Position numbers and translations under genes: made by a program. Source: Eledone cirrhosa (Eukaryota). Taken from it: a stretch of 64,000 nt of DNA. Numbering within the stretch: the stretch's first letter is position 1; each line of letters opens with the position of its first letter. The stretch is taken from assembly GCA_964016885.1 (NCBI GenBank), contig OZ024743.1, positions 228,594,001-228,658,000 of the forward strand. The letters run 5' to 3'. Positions 27,570-41,690 of this stretch are shown here, piece after piece. The notes under the pieces are model-generated. The model searched no databases, was not told where the DNA came from, and was given only the letters and a program-made list of their open reading frames with translations.

Positions 27570-28570
27570 ACTTGCAAACAAAACACTGACATACTACTCA
27601 ACGACTACTTGAAACTGAACACTTAGGCATGTTACTCAACGTCCTACAACAACTTTATTAAGTCCTATAAGCAGTTTACTCCTAGCCACACAGTAGCAGA
27701 TCAGACAAAATAAATACAATAAAAAAGGTTAACAATGCTTGAAGAGAATATTTTACTCCTTAAAAACTGTGCACCATTCCCCCAGTACTACAACTCTTGC
27801 AATGATGCAATCCTAATTGCAAAGGCTACCCCTATACATCACACAGTTCTCAAGCTATTCCACTACCCAAAATACAGTTATCTCTGGTTGCTTGAGAAAA
27901 GGATCTCCACCAACCTTTCTGAATCCTACTTTCCTCAATCATATGGTTTCTGTGAGCAGTAATTTCATGATGAAAACATTCACCTACATTGCCCAATTTG
28001 CAGTCAACACCACACTGCATGGATGTTGTAAATGTCCGCCTAAGCTATCGCCTACCCACCCTACATGCCAAGTGTGAAATTACCACCAGTTTCTTTAACC
28101 CTTTAGGCATTAACATAACTCTATATTGACTATTGTATTTTCATGGTAAACACTTTATCTCACATAATATCGAATCTGGGAGATTTTGGTATTATTTATT
28201 TTGAGAATAATACCTTCACATAAGTATGAGCAGCCAGTGTTGGTCGGTTTGAACAGAAAAAAGTGAGAGAATTCTGGTCAGATATGGCTGGTTTAAATGC
28301 TATAGGGTTAGACTAACAAAGCTTAACTGGTGCTACCAATGTCTCTTCCACCACACCCAAACAATAGACATCAAAGCTAGCCTCTATACTTACCAAAATG
28401 TTCAATCTCTCCATTTTTACAGGGATTTGGAAAGATGCTACCGTGTGTCTCATTCCCAAGAAGTGAAACCCCTCTGACTTAGTTAACTATTATCCCATTG
28501 TACACACTTCCAATATCTGAGATAATGGAGGAAGCCATTATCAATGATGTTCTCAAATACTTAGAATTTC
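27570..28570 (+). mobile_element. Decayed CR1/Jockey-group LINE (start of RT)
   Basis: 28373-28570 reads KLASILTKMFNLSIFTGIWKDATVCLIPKK*NPSDLVNYYPIVHTS..IMEEAIINDVLKYLE, corresponding to the conserved W.A.V.PIPKKG..NYRPISLTS region. The 5' boundary is approximate. Confidence 0.7.
28095..28311. mobile_element. TTAA-type (piggyBac-like) MITE nested in the LINE relic
   Basis: Terminal inverted repeats TTAA-CCCTTTAGGCATT...AATGCTATAGGG-TTAG. The same left end recurs at 32764-32838. Confidence 0.6.
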
Positions 28571-29732
28571 TCTCTTACTTTCTCTCTCTCTACTTAACAG
28601 CTGCCAATAAGGCTTCCATAAAGCTAGATCACCTGGAGACCTATAAACAAGTTCATACATATACACACATAGATATTTATGTGCATATATACAGTGACAT
28701 ATACATACACACAAATGTGTGTGTATATATATATATATATATATCATAAATATATCCATGTGCACACACACACACACACACACATACATACATGCATACA
28801 TACATACATGTATATATATATATATATAATACTTGTATCTATGTGCACATATGCACACATACACATAAGTACAGACAAACATACAAACACACAAGTAGCT
28901 AATATGACTTTAATAACAGCTCATTATTTTTAGTGTCACATCATGCTAATTTCTTGCCCAATAAAATTGTAACATCCAATGCATTGAATATTGTATGTTA
29001 TGCTTTTATTGGGCAGAATAAATATTGTTAACAAATATTCTGGAGGAAAAATAAGAAAATAAAATGAAATAGAAGTTGTTTTAATAAATAAACTATGTTT
29101 CAATCTAATGTAAAACAATAATGAACACCATAACAATAATATGTGTATGCACGTATATATGTGTGTCTTGAAATGTATATATGCCTATCTGTTAATGTGT
29201 GTGTGTATGTCTTGAAATGTCTCACTAATTTGACAGTCATACAAGAGAAAAACGTTATGTGCCTACCACTGACACAGTATCAAATTATTATGCATCACAC
29301 GGTAGCAATTACGAAACAGCCATAAGAGGGGGATGGTGTGAGAAAGAAGGAAAACTCAGGGGGTGAAGAAACAGAGAGGGAAAGGTGTGGGGGAAGGAAA
29401 GCCTTTTACGCTGACAGTTGCATCTTCCTTTTGGTCACATAGACATCTTCCAGATGTCTTCAGGTGCACAATATTAAATGGCGTGGAACTAAAAATGAAA
29501 TCAAGGAATGCTTGACAACTATATCTTATTATCAGAGGGCCAATAATAAAATAATGATTCTGAAAGCCTAAACATAATATGAGAGTAAGTGAAGGAAGGA
29601 GGGAAGGAAGGAAAACAGGACAGATAGTGAGGGAGGGAAGGAGAGAGAGTTAAAGAAAAAAGATGTGTGCTGGAAGTGAAGGAATGAAATATGATAAAGT
29701 GTTATTTGAGACAATGAGACAATGTGTGAGCA

Positions 29733-29771
<39 letters not shown>

Positions 29772-30172
29772 TGCACATACATAGATTATATACACATATA
29801 TATGGTTTCACATGTATGCATATATATATATATGCATACATGCACACAGACATTGATATGCATACACATACACTCACACAACTATATATTTGAGGCATAT
29901 ATATTTGATGTGATTCATATTAAATCTCTCTCTAAATATATCTAGTTATCTTTATTAATATTAAACCTAGCAGAGATTTTGTGGGGAGGGAGTTGTTTGA
30001 CTCAGTAATTTCCTCTTTTCACATTAATTTAGAGATAGATTGAAATCCCAAGACACTAAGTTCCTTTATAAAATTAACACATACACGCGTAGAGCAATTT
30101 CTGGATACTACTACCAAGAGAGAAAGATTAGCTTCTATGATAATGATTACCATATAAACTGCTCAAAAACGT

Positions 30173-30461
30173 TTAACCCTTCATTTACCATGTTTCTAAT
30201 GTTACTGCTTATAATTTGGATACAAAATTGCCTGAAAGTGATATTGGTTCTACAGTGCTAAGCTCTTTGTTTATATTTATCTAAAACGTTTTTATCATAA
30301 AGCTATGCAGGAATGTTTGTTAAGGTAAGTTTCAAAGGTTAGCTTAATAATGAGAAAGTTAGTTATAATACTAAATCCTTTCAAATTTGTTGTTATTTTA
30401 AAAATCATATGAAACATATAAGCTGTGTCTTTGATTAAAAATATGGTAATGAAAGAGTTAA
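30173..30461. mobile_element. TTAA-type MITE
   Basis: Imperfect TIRs TTAACCCTTCATTTACCAT...ATGGTAATGAAAGAGTTAA. Confidence 0.5.
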
Positions 30462-30697
30462 AAATAATCAAGAATCTGGAGGATGAAGGATTTAGTAATG
30501 TAACAAACTTTCACATTATTAAACTGGTGTTTTGAACAAAGGTTCTTGACACAAAATTATGTTGGAAGTGTTTTTGCTAAATATAAACACTTTGAAACAA
30601 ACATCTTAGCATCATTGAAACAGGAGTAGTTTGAAACAGTTTGGCAACAAAGGGATTAACTGTCAGTTACTTATATTCTTTTATTATTTTCCTTGCC

Positions 30698-30989
30698 ATT
30701 CTGAGTTCAAATCCCGTCGAAGCTAACTTTGTCTTTCATCCTAACGGGGGTCGATAAAATAAAGTACCAGTAATACACTGGAATAATTGCTGGCCTTGTG
30801 CCTATTGTAGAAACAATTATTTTATGGGTTTGCTGCAAAGAGTTACTGCCCTTTACGGTCTGAGTTCAAATCCCACCGGGGTTAACTTTGCCATCCATCC
30901 TTACGAGGTCGATAAAATAAAGTACCAGTAATACACTGTGATAATTGCTGGCCTTGTGCCAAAAGTAGAAACAATTATTTTATGGGTTT
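30698..30989 (+). mobile_element. Two tandem 5'-truncated SINE family A copies
   Basis: Both carry GAGTTCAAATCCC..GTCGATAAAATAAAGTACCAG..GTAGAAACAATTA, and both are followed by TTTTATGGGTTT (probable TSD). Confidence 0.85.
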
Positions 30990-31218
30990 CAGTCATTTGG
31001 ATGTGGCCTTGCTGGAGAAATGTCTTGAATGGATTTAGTTAATCATATTGACTCCAATACTTATTTTTTCAAGCCTGGTACGTATTTTCTTAACCTCTTT
31101 TTACTGAACTGCTCAGTTAAGGGACAAACACATGGAAATGTACCCCCTCACACACACATATATGTATATCTGCGTGTGTGTGCATGTGTTTATATATATG
31201 TGTGTGTGTGTGTGTGTG

Positions 31219-31253
<35 letters not shown>

Positions 31254-31285
31254 ATGTGTGTGTGTGTGTATATATATATATATAC

Positions 31286-31795
31286 AAATATTAAAACAAT
31301 GAAATTAAACACAAAACTGTTAATTCATAGTAAAACACATTATTTTACGATCGTTTCTGGGAGGTAGTTCTCTGTATGTTCATTCAATTATTGATCTATG
31401 TAAAACATATTACAAAATATCATAGTGAGAAAAAAATACATACGTCTTCACTACCCGCCGTCTTCAGAAACAATTTCTGAAGACGGCGGGTAGTGAAGAC
31501 GTATGTATTTTTTTCTCACTATGATATTTTGTAATATGTTTTACATAGATCAATAATTGAATGAACATACAGAGAACTACCTCCCAGAAACGATCGTAAA
31601 ATAATGTGTTTTACTATGAATTAACGGTTTTGTGTTTAATTTCATTGTTTTAATATTTCTATTTTGACTCTGTATCCAATTGAATTATATCGTTGATAAA
31701 CATTTTTGTATTTTAAACTTTGCTTCACGACATCTACATATGGATTTCATTGAGTTCTTTATACGGTTTAGACACTACCATTGAGTGGTAGATTT
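31286..31795 (+). mobile_element. Penelope-type fold-back insertion: 373-bp palindrome plus unmirrored tail, with hammerhead-like core
   Basis: Arms 31286-31470 and 31474-31658 (185 bp each, one mismatch seen), loop CAA. CTGAAGA at 31477 and GAAACGATCGTA at 31587-31598. Microsatellite flanks. Confidence 0.75.
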
Positions 31796-32837
31796 ATCTC
31801 TCTCTCTATATATATATATTCAGGCTTCTATACAGTTTAGATCTACCAAATTTCCCTCATATGATGTTGGTAAACCCAAGCCTATGGTAGATGCTCCTTG
31901 CCCAAGGTGCCACACAGTGAGATTGAACCTGAAGCCATACATATTTGTGAAGTGAACTTCTCAACCCTACAGTAATGCCTGCACCTATTTATATAGATCT
32001 TCTCTTGGGAAGGGATTAATCTATAGCCTAGGACACATTCATTTTTCTTTTATTTCACAAACATATCTTGATGACTATAACTGTCTATTTCAGAAGTTCA
32101 TAATTTGTACATTCTAAATTTCCCAGGAGAAGGAAAAATCCAAATGAGTGAATTGAAAGAAATCAGGTGGTGGTAGTTTTAATAATTTCTCTTCCATTTT
32201 TAATTACTTGCTGAAAATTGAAAATTCTAAATAGAAACAATAATAACAACAAGTACAACAGGGTCAACAAAAACAACAACAATAATGACAACAAGAACAA
32301 CACATACAAACCATACAAACATTGAGACAACAGAATTGCTATATTTTCATTTATTCAATGATTTAATTACCAATGCCGTTTGAAGATTCTTAATGGATTT
32401 TACTTAACCTTTACATTTCAAACCATTCTCTCAAGACACCAATTTGCTGGTAATTTTGATTAAATATTTCAGTTAATCAGTCAATCAGAAATGCCACACT
32501 GTTTGAACTTCAGTATTAAGATAACTATTTAACGTTTATTTTATTCCTCTATTCTGTATTTTGTTTTTCTTCTTGAAGAATAATTCTAAAGATGTTAAAT
32601 TAGCTTCTTCACTACATAGTTGTGAAGGATAGGTGTGTTTGAGATAAAGCAAGTAGTCAAATGTAGATTAGTGAGAATGTAGCCAACATTTTACTAAGTG
32701 GCAAAAATATATTTTTATGGAATTACATAATATTTCAATTAATTAAACTTATTTATTTCATTATTAACCCATTAGCATTTAAATTATTCTACATTTACTA
32801 TTGTATTTTTATGGTAAAAGCTTTATTTTACATAATT

Positions 32838-34410
32838 ATCATCATCATCACCGTTTTACGTCCGTTATTCCACACTAGCATGGGTTAGACGGGTTGTCCT
32901 GTTGTGGGCAGTGTCCGGTCGGCTGACCTTGTCTTGCTCATACGGGAACTGATTCTGGCTTGATTTCTACAGCTGGATTCCCTTCCTAACACCAACCTCA
33001 TTTACAGTGAGTGCTGGGTGCTTTTTTTCCGTGGCGCCTACACGTACACGTTACAGTGTGGGCTGGGTGCTTTTTTTGTCGTGGCACCTCCACGACCACT
33101 TTGCAGTGGGAGAGTGTGGGGGCATATTGTCTATATGCTTCAGCTTCGGCTTGTACCTATGGGGGGTCGGGTCTTCTGTATTACTGTGTGACGCTAGAGG
33201 TCATGGTCGTGTACCATCGCCTTTGAGAGGTGTAATTGGGTAAGGTCGGTTTTTATCACCTCATCCCAGGTCTTCTTGGGTCTCCCCACTCCGAGGTTTC
33301 CATTGACTTCTAGGGCTCTGCACCTTTTTATGCAGCTGTCATCCTTCATATGTATCACATGTCCATACCAACGCAACTGCCTCTCATGCACACAGCATTT
33401 GATTCCTCTTATGCTCAATCTCTCTGTCAATTCATTTATGCTTTGCCGTTCGCGTATATTACTATTACACATCCATCGGAGCATGCAGGCTGTGTTTCTT
33501 TCTAATCTATGCAAGTCTTCCACAGACAGCGCCCAGGTCTCACTACCATGTAACATTGCTGTTCGTATGCATGCATCATAAAGTCTGCCTTTCATTTTGA
33601 GAGAAAAGCCTTTTGCAGCTAGCAGTGGCAGTAGCTCCCTGAACTTCTTCCATCCCGTTCTTACCCTAATTATTGTACTTTCCGAGCACCCACCTCTGCT
33701 GCTAATTCAGTCACCTAGGTAGCAGAAGCTGTCTACTGTTTCTACAGAGCCCTCCCAGAGTTTGGTGGTACTTGTTTCCTGTGGCTGTTTGCTGCTTGCT
33801 GTCCCAGCACAGCTGCTACATGTGAAGCCTACATTCTTAGTTAAGCTTCCTCAGATCCTGCTACATCTCTTGTGTACCCATTGTTTGCATTTGAGGCAGA
33901 GAATGGAGTTCCTACCTACACCTTTCCTACATACTGAGCAAGGCCATTTTCCTGTGGGGATCTGTGTTCTGTTTTCTCATCTACTTACAAGGACCTTAGT
34001 CTTTGTCAGGTTGACTTTGAGACCCTTTCTTTCTAGTCCCTGCTTCCAAGTTTGGAATTTCTTCTCTAGTTCTACCATAGATTCAGCTATATGTGCAAGG
34101 TCATCTGCATACAGGAGTTCCCATGGGCATCTGTTCTTAAACTCCTCCATTATTGCATGCAGGACTATGATGAACAGGAGAGGGCTAAGAACAGCTCTGG
34201 TGGAGACCGATCTGTACGCTAAATTCCTCGCTATACTCATTGCTAATCCTAACTTTGCTGACTGCTCCCCTATACATGGCTTGTACAGCTTTCACAAGCC
34301 ATTCATCTACTCCTAGTTTTCTAAGAGCCCACCAGATTATAGCATAGGGAACTCTGTCAAATGCTTTCTTGAGATCGACGAATGCCAGGTAGAGTAGCTT
34401 ACTTTTAGCT
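32838..34410 (-). mobile_element. RTE-clade LINE (RTE-A), 5'-truncated and disrupted
   Basis: RT motifs YLAFVDLKKAFDRVP, LSPLLFIIV, ELLYADDL, GLKVNLTKTKV and GRPKKTW. Has a 3'UTR and a (GAT)n tail; stops and frameshifts present. Confidence 0.95.
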
Positions 34411-34613
34411 GTCGTATAGCATTTGCGGTATTAAATAGAGTAACCACTTTAATTTATATTCTGATGCAGGTATAGTACTATTTTCTACTTTTAAAAATGT
34501 CTTGCTAGTGCAGTTTCATGTGATACTGGACATTAAAAGTTAAGCGTTATGAGTGGGTATATTCAAATGAGACAATTTGGCAAGTATCAAATACATATAT
34601 ATATCAACATGAA

Positions 34614-34785
34614 CATCATCACCGATTTACGTCCATTCTTCCATGCTAGCATGGGTTAGAGGGGTTGTCCTGTTGTGGGCAATGTTAGGTTGGGTGACCT
34701 TGTCTTGCTCATATGGGAATTGATTTTGGCTTGATTTCTACAGCTGGATGCCCTTCCTAACACCAACCTCAGTTGCAGTGAGTGC
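34614..34785 (-). mobile_element. RTE-A 3' end fragment
   Basis: Close match to 32838-33015. Confidence 0.9.
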
Positions 34786-36405
34786 AGGAGAGAGAGAGAG
34801 AGAGAGAGAGAGAGATATGAGGGATGGAGCTAGATATAAGGAAGGGGATCTGCTATTATTTGTTTGTCCTGTAACTCAGTGCCTCAACAAAAAAGAAATT
34901 GACAAAAAAAATGTCCAACTTGAAATAAATAAGTACTTGGGCTGGTTGATACCATCTACTAAATCTTGTAAAGGTGGTGCTTCATCATGGCCACAGTTTA
35001 ATGACTGAAACAAGTATAAGAATAAAAGATTTTAAAAAATTATATAGAACTCTTTTGAATAGAAATGCAAAGCCCTTGTTGAGTAAAACAACTTTCAAGT
35101 GTAAAGTATTCAGAAACTAAACCCTTCATCCATTGCTCTTCACTGAAAGTAATATCAATTATAGTTTTTAAAAAAAAGTGTAAATTGTACAATTCACACC
35201 CATGTAGGTTTAGCTGGTCTCCTACTAGGTTGCATTTTATAGTAGGGTTCTTGGCAGTTTTATTGATAGAGGCCCTAATCCTATCATGAAAAGCAATATG
35301 AAATGAAATCTCTTGCTCAAGATCATACTCTGCTACCCAGTCAAGACCTTATAATCAAACCTATGACCTTATAATCAGGAATCTAACACCCTAACAACTA
35401 AGTCGCACAGTTACACTCATTTTAATCATAATAGTTTATAATTAACCATTATTTGTAGTGCACAACAATGTTACTAAAGACTAAGGTTATTTTCTGAACT
35501 ATCAGAATGCTCTAATACAGAATTTATATAAGCATTGTCTCAGAAATAAATTATTGAGGAATTTTTGAGATCTGATAATAAACTCATAAAGCAAAATATT
35601 GGCATTGGTTTCATTTTTAAAAGCTAATTATATTGTAATGGAGACAGAACTGAGAAAGTAATAAAAGCAAAGTTCACAGACTTAAAGGTTTGTAATAAAA
35701 TTAATATAATTTCTTTCTTTTTTTTTCTCTCATACTATGCCTCTCTTTTTGCTTTGTTTTTGTCTCTCCTATTATACATTGTATCCAGCGTTTCTCTAGC
35801 ATCAATGACAATAATAAAAACAACAATAAATATAACCTCACCACTAACTCCTACTGTTTTCTCTGAAAAAATTTTAAGAAATTTGATCACAGATAATCAA
35901 ATATTGTGTAGATTCTGATTGTCATGTTGGTGTGGAATATTTGGTAATTGGCAGCAAAGACAATGGTAATGGGACTGCCAAGTGAGTGGACATTGTGAGC
36001 TAAGCTATGAAGAAAATAATAGGATAGACCTCCATCAGTTTTAACGATGACTGTTCCAGTTGTTCGATCAAAATTGAAAATGATAAAAACATGCTCATAA
36101 AATCAATGAACAAGTGGCTGAATATTCCACACAGTTTGTATCTTTAACGTAATTCTTAAGGAGATTTGACATGTCACTGTGTGTGACAAGGCTGGCCATT
36201 AGAATTACTGGTATCCTGAATCTGACATGAAAAAATATGTAATGGAGTCAATATGATTGGTATTAGGAAGAGCATCCAGCTGTAGAAGCCAAACAAAAAC
36301 CTGTCCTGTATGCGTAAGTCAGTGTGATCAGACCTGGCTTGTCTCACAACAAAGCAAATCATTAAATGGTGATGGTGATGATGAGGATATATTTATATAT
36401 ATATA

Positions 36406-36592
36406 CCGTATATACTCAAATATAAGCCGACTTCTCCACTCATTTTATACCTGAGAAATGGTTATAAGCCAAGGCAGCTAATCAACGCATTATGTTTAGA
36501 TGGCGAATATAATCTGCCCCCCCCCCCCCCTCTCCATTTTAGCATCGATTTTTTGGTCACATATTCCTCGGCTTACATTCGAGTATATACGA
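36406..36592. mobile_element. Tc1/mariner-pogo-type MITE
   Basis: TIRs CCGTATATACTCAAATATAAGCCGA and TCGGCTTACATTCGAGTATATACG, flanked by TA. Confidence 0.8.
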
Positions 36593-36615
36593 TATATATA
36601 GATATATATATATAT

Positions 36616-36866
36616 GTTGGCAGAAATCCGTAGATGAAAGATCAAGGAAAACAGTTCTTGATCAGTTGGAAGAGAGCTTGTTTAGTATAAACAAAGTTTC
36701 ATACACTTAACATGTGCTACCATTGGTTTCATGGTCCAGTCATGGCCACCACTGTATAATGGCCAGTTTAAAAGTGCCTCCTCCACTATATAGTGGTGGC
36801 CATGACTGGACTCTGAAACCAATGGTTGCGCACGCATGTTAAGTGTATGAAACTTTGTTTATACTA
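36616..36866 (-). mobile_element. Fold-back element with partial hammerhead (GAAAC-CAATG-GTA)
   Basis: Inverted arms 36683-36762 and 36783-36866, unmirrored tail 36616-36682, (TA)n flanks. No CTGANGA found. Confidence 0.55.
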
Positions 36867-37696
36867 TAAATATATATATATCTATATGTGTGTGTGTCTG
36901 TGTACAGACACACACACACATATATATATGCATAAATAGATGAGTATTAACACATCTGCAGGTATAAGAAGGAAAGAAAAAAATACAAATTTTAAGAATA
37001 TTACAGCAGCATGGAACTAGACTGATATGTGTTGGTCCAGGACCAATTAAGAACAGGATTAGAAATGTCACAAAGTGTTTAAAATCTAATTAGACATTTT
37101 CAATGTTCGTTATCTTTTCACTACATATTGAAAATAAATTATCATATTTCCAAGTGTTGATGATGCACTTACAACATGGATGTACCACATCTTAAGTTGA
37201 TAAATTTTGAAAAATGACTAACATAACCTTTGTCCTTCAAGATACAGGTTAAATTTTCCAAATATATTTTTGTAAAAAATAAAGCAGCATCTTTCATGTG
37301 AGAAAATATGGTAAATAAAAAAACAGAAAACAAAGAAAAACATTGGGGGAAGATATTTAAAAATATAATTGCAAAAGCAGAGAGGAGAAAAAAGGAATAG
37401 AAACAAAATCTGCAAGATATCATCCTTTCCCATCACTACCACTCTCCATAATGATGGAGAGGAGGATGAAGGGGGAGGATGGGTGGGGGAGATGATGAGG
37501 ATGAGGTAGAGGATATAGATAAGAGCAATGAAAGATACCACTGAAGAAGAGGATTAAATGTGCTAAAAGAAAGATGTGAAATGAAAGATAAGAATGAGAT
37601 AGACAGTAGAATAAGATAGATGACAGTTAAAGGATGTAGATAGAAGAAAATGATGACAGAAGAAAATGGAATGGAAAGATAGACCATGACAAACAG

Positions 37697-37728
<32 letters not shown>

Positions 37729-39299
37729 AAGAAGAAGAAGAAGAAGAAGAAGAAGAAGAAAGAAAGAAAATTCAAATTCTAAATTTAAATTCTAAAACAT
37801 TAATATAATTGGAAGAAATTACCTCCATTTGTCTACCTATCTATCTCTCTCTCTCTCTCTCTTTCTATTTGTTGCTATCCTTACACTCTCTATCTCTGAC
37901 TGTCTGTTTTTCCTTCTCTCTATTTCTTTGTCTCTCTCCCTCTCTCACTTCTAAAAATACAAAAATTTCTTAATTGCACAGAAGAATATAAACTATAGCA
38001 GATCTCTCCCTAGCACTACTTATCATGAGAAAACTGATTGCTATTGTATTTAAGAGCTGACAATCCAACAATTCCCCATTCCAAGACATCTCATTAGTTC
38101 TACTTCTATTATTGTCAGCCCTCCCCCCATCCTCGGTGATTTCTGCAGAAATTCCCATAAGTCCAACAGTTGATCACCCACATTCTTCCACTTGCTTGCC
38201 TTCAGCCCAACACAGTGTGTGTGTGGTGGGGATTTATTTCATGTGAGGAACACCTAAAAATACTTAAATTGCAAATAAGGTCCATATACATTAATACAGA
38301 TAGCTAGCTTGCTACATCCAAGATTACTCACTCTCTCTCTGTATGTATCTATATATATATATATATATGAACTCTAATCACTTGCATGTACATGCACACA
38401 CACAGACAGAGGCATACACACACAGAGGAGCTTCTGTACACTCAGTCAACTTGTAAACACTAGCCTAATCCACCATATTATTCACACATAGTATCACCCA
38501 AGACCAAATAATTCAGAAGCTTTAACTCCAACTGCAGATATTTATCAGTAATATTGTTACACATTTTTGTGCCAGCTGTTTGATTCTAACATAGCCCAAA
38601 TCATCCATTTTAAAGAGATCCTATCTAAATTAAAATATTCCAACATAATTTTGAAGCAGAAATGTCTTAATAATGAAATGATAATTTTGATAAATCTCTC
38701 CAAATTCGTAAGTAATTGATAGAAATAGTGCTGGTACCATGATAAAATGTTCCTTGTCTACTTTGTAAAGGGGTTGAACTGGTGCCACAATTAAATGCCC
38801 TCAATACAAACTGCAAAGTTATTGGCATTTAGAAAGACATCCACACCCAAGTGTCAAAATGGCACATATGAGTAAGATATCATCATATGACCAGTCTAGT
38901 CACAGAATGTGTCAATTTGTCCAACCCATTCCAGCATGGAAAATGAGCAGAAAACAATGATGATGATGTATGAACATGAAAGAGTTAAAAAAAAATGAGA
39001 CAGCGAATATTTTATTACAAGATACAGTATGTCTGAATATAGGTCAAGGTGGTAAGAATTGGAATACTTTTGATCATAGTTGGTTTGGGACTAATCTGGA
39101 GCTAAACAGCAACTACCACACAACACATCTGGAAGAAAAGCTCAAGAACCAATATTTTCAACAATTGATGTTATGCCAAACAATCCATCAGGGACTTCCA
39201 TTTATTGGCCACGAATTCAACTAGATGCCCACTCCAACTCCTCTCTTTCTCTCTCTCTAGTTTTTTTTTTCTCTCTCTTTATATATAATATAATATATA

Positions 39300-39490
39300 C
39301 ATCATCATCATTTCTGTTTAGCATCAATTCTTCCACGCTTGCATGGGTTAGATGGGTTGTCCATGCCGGGAGGCAAGTCTTGCCATGGTTGGGCCTGTCG
39401 CATCTTTCTCCGGTGAAGTCTCTAAATTTGGCCAGGTATTTTACAGCTAGATGCTCTTCCTAACACCAACCACATTTACAGTGTGGGACT
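39300..39490 (-). mobile_element. RTE 3'UTR fragment
   Basis: Minus strand has GGTTGGTGTTAGGAAGAGCATCTAGCTGTAAAA..CTAACCCATGCAAGCGTGGAAG and a (GAT)n tail. Confidence 0.75.
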
Positions 39491-39837
39491 ACACATACAT
39501 ATATTTCCATCCTCTCCCTCTCTCTCTTAATACACCAACTCTTTTCATGATAAATTCAACAGTGTCGAACCATATTGTTAGTGCATTGTGCATGTATTTT
39601 CATTCTCATAAGGCTACAGTTACACATATACATACCAGAAAGTGTAATTATGCATGCATGAAAATAAGTATGTGTATATTGGCCAATGAACAAACATTTC
39701 TGCTTCAATATGTGAATGGATGCTTAAAACTAAAGATTATATATATACTTATATACATATATTTACACAGACACACATATATTTACATACATACACACAC
39801 AGAGATCTGTAAATATACATAGATATTTACACACATA

Positions 39838-40328
39838 CATCATCATCCTCATCATCATCATTTTATGTCCGCTTTTCCCTGCTTGCAAGGGTGGGACGGG
39901 TCTTATTCAGCACAGTATCTATCCACTTGTCACGGTCCTTTGTCATCTCCACCGTGAGCTTCAGCAATCTGAGGTCTGTTCTCACCACCTCCGCCCATGT
40001 TTTTCGTGGTCTACCTCTACCACGTCTTCCTTCAACTGGCATTTTCTGGCGCTTCTTCACCCATCGGTCATCCTCCATGTGCATCACATGTCCATACCAC
40101 TACAGTCTCCTCTCTTGCACACTACATTCTATCCCTCTCAGACACAGTTTATCTCTCAACACATCCATGCTGGGTCGTTCACGCACATTGACATTGCACA
40201 TCCAACGGAGCATGCTTGCCTCATTTCTCTCCAGCTGTCGTATATCCTCTGCAGTTGCTGCCCAAGTCTCACTACCATGCAGCATCGCGTTCCTCACACA
40301 GGCATCATATAACCGGCCTTTCGTACGC
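39838..40328 (-). mobile_element. RTE-clade LINE (RTE-B) 3' fragment; ORF runs into the tail
   Basis: KGRLYDACVRNAMLHGSETW..GRRGRGRPRKTW..RPTLASREKRT* is followed immediately by (GAT)n. Confidence 0.92.
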
Positions 40329-40859
40329 ATATATATATACTTACTCACACACACACACAAACATGCATATATATATATTCATCTAACCCATTCAAGCATG
40401 AAAAAGTGGACCTAAAAACGATGATGATGATATATAAACCCATGCTAGCGTAGAAGAATGGACGTAAAACGGTGATGATGATGATGATTATATATATATA
40501 TATATATTAATATATAATATATACGTGTGTGTGTGTGTATATATATTAATATATAATATATACATGTGTGTGTATATATACATATATATATGTATGTATT
40601 TTAATATGTATGTTATTTTAATAAATATATATGTATGTATATATATTAATATATAATATATACATGTGTGTGTTTGTGTATATATATATATATTCTTCTC
40701 CCTCCTCCAACTAGATGGTGTACCCTACACGTGACCATGGGAACTGTTGATGCATGCATGCATGCCAGCAACCATGGAGTGTTATCAAAGTTCAGTAGGG
40801 AGGGACAGGGTTAATGGGTGACAGCATTGATGAAAATAAATAATGAAGCTAGACCTTAA

Positions 40860-41690
40860 ACAGGCAGTGAAGATGGTGATGAATGTAGTGGTGGTGGAGA
40901 TGGTGGTGATGGTAGTGATAGTAATGCTGATGGTGGTAATGGTAGTAGTGATGGTAATGGAGATGGCAGTGGTGGTGGAGATGGTAGCGCTTTTGGTAAT
41001 GGTAGCGGTGGTGGTAGTGGTGGTGGTAATGGTAGTGGTGATGGTAATGGAGATGGTAGTGCTGGTGGAGATGGTAGTGCTGGTGGAGATGGTAGTGCTG
41101 GTGGAGATGGTAGTGCTGGTGGTAATGGTAGTGGTGGTGGTGATGGTAGTGGTGGTGGTGATGGTAATGGTGGTGGAGATGGTGGTGATCATGGAGATGT
41201 TAGTGGTGGTGATGGTGGAGATGGTGGTGATAGTGGTGATGGTAGTGGTAGTGGTGATGGTAATGGAGATGGTAGTGCTGGTGGAGATGGTAGTGCTGGT
41301 GGTAATGGTAGTGGTGGTGGTGATGGTAGTGGTGGTGGTGATGGTAGTGGTGGTGGAGATGGTGGTGATCATGGAGATGTTAGTGGTGGTGATGGTGGAG
41401 ATGGTGGTGATGGTGGTGATGGTGGTGATGGTGGTGATGGTGGTGATGGTGGAGATGGTGAAGATGGTAGTGGTGGTGGTAATGGTAGTAGTGGTGAAGA
41501 TGATAGTGGTGGTGGTGGTGATGGTGATGGCAGCAGTGGTGGTGGTGGTGGTGGTAGAGGTGATGGAGATGGTAATGGTAAAGGTGATGGTAGTGGGGGG
41601 TTGTTGTGGTGGTGGTAATGATGGTGGTAGTAGTGGTGATGGTGGTAGTATTGGTAGTTGTGTGATGTGGCGATTGTGGTGGTGGTGATT
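40860..41690. repeat. GGT/GAT/GTA triplet array with a 180-bp higher-order duplication
   Basis: Block 41101-41230 is repeated at 41281-41410. Confidence 0.9.

Noticed and set aside
29430-29470. Other isolated CTGANGA words (also 651, 7536, 37541, 54017, 60901, 61216)
   Set aside because: No properly placed GAAA/UH or pairing stems, so they are chance matches.
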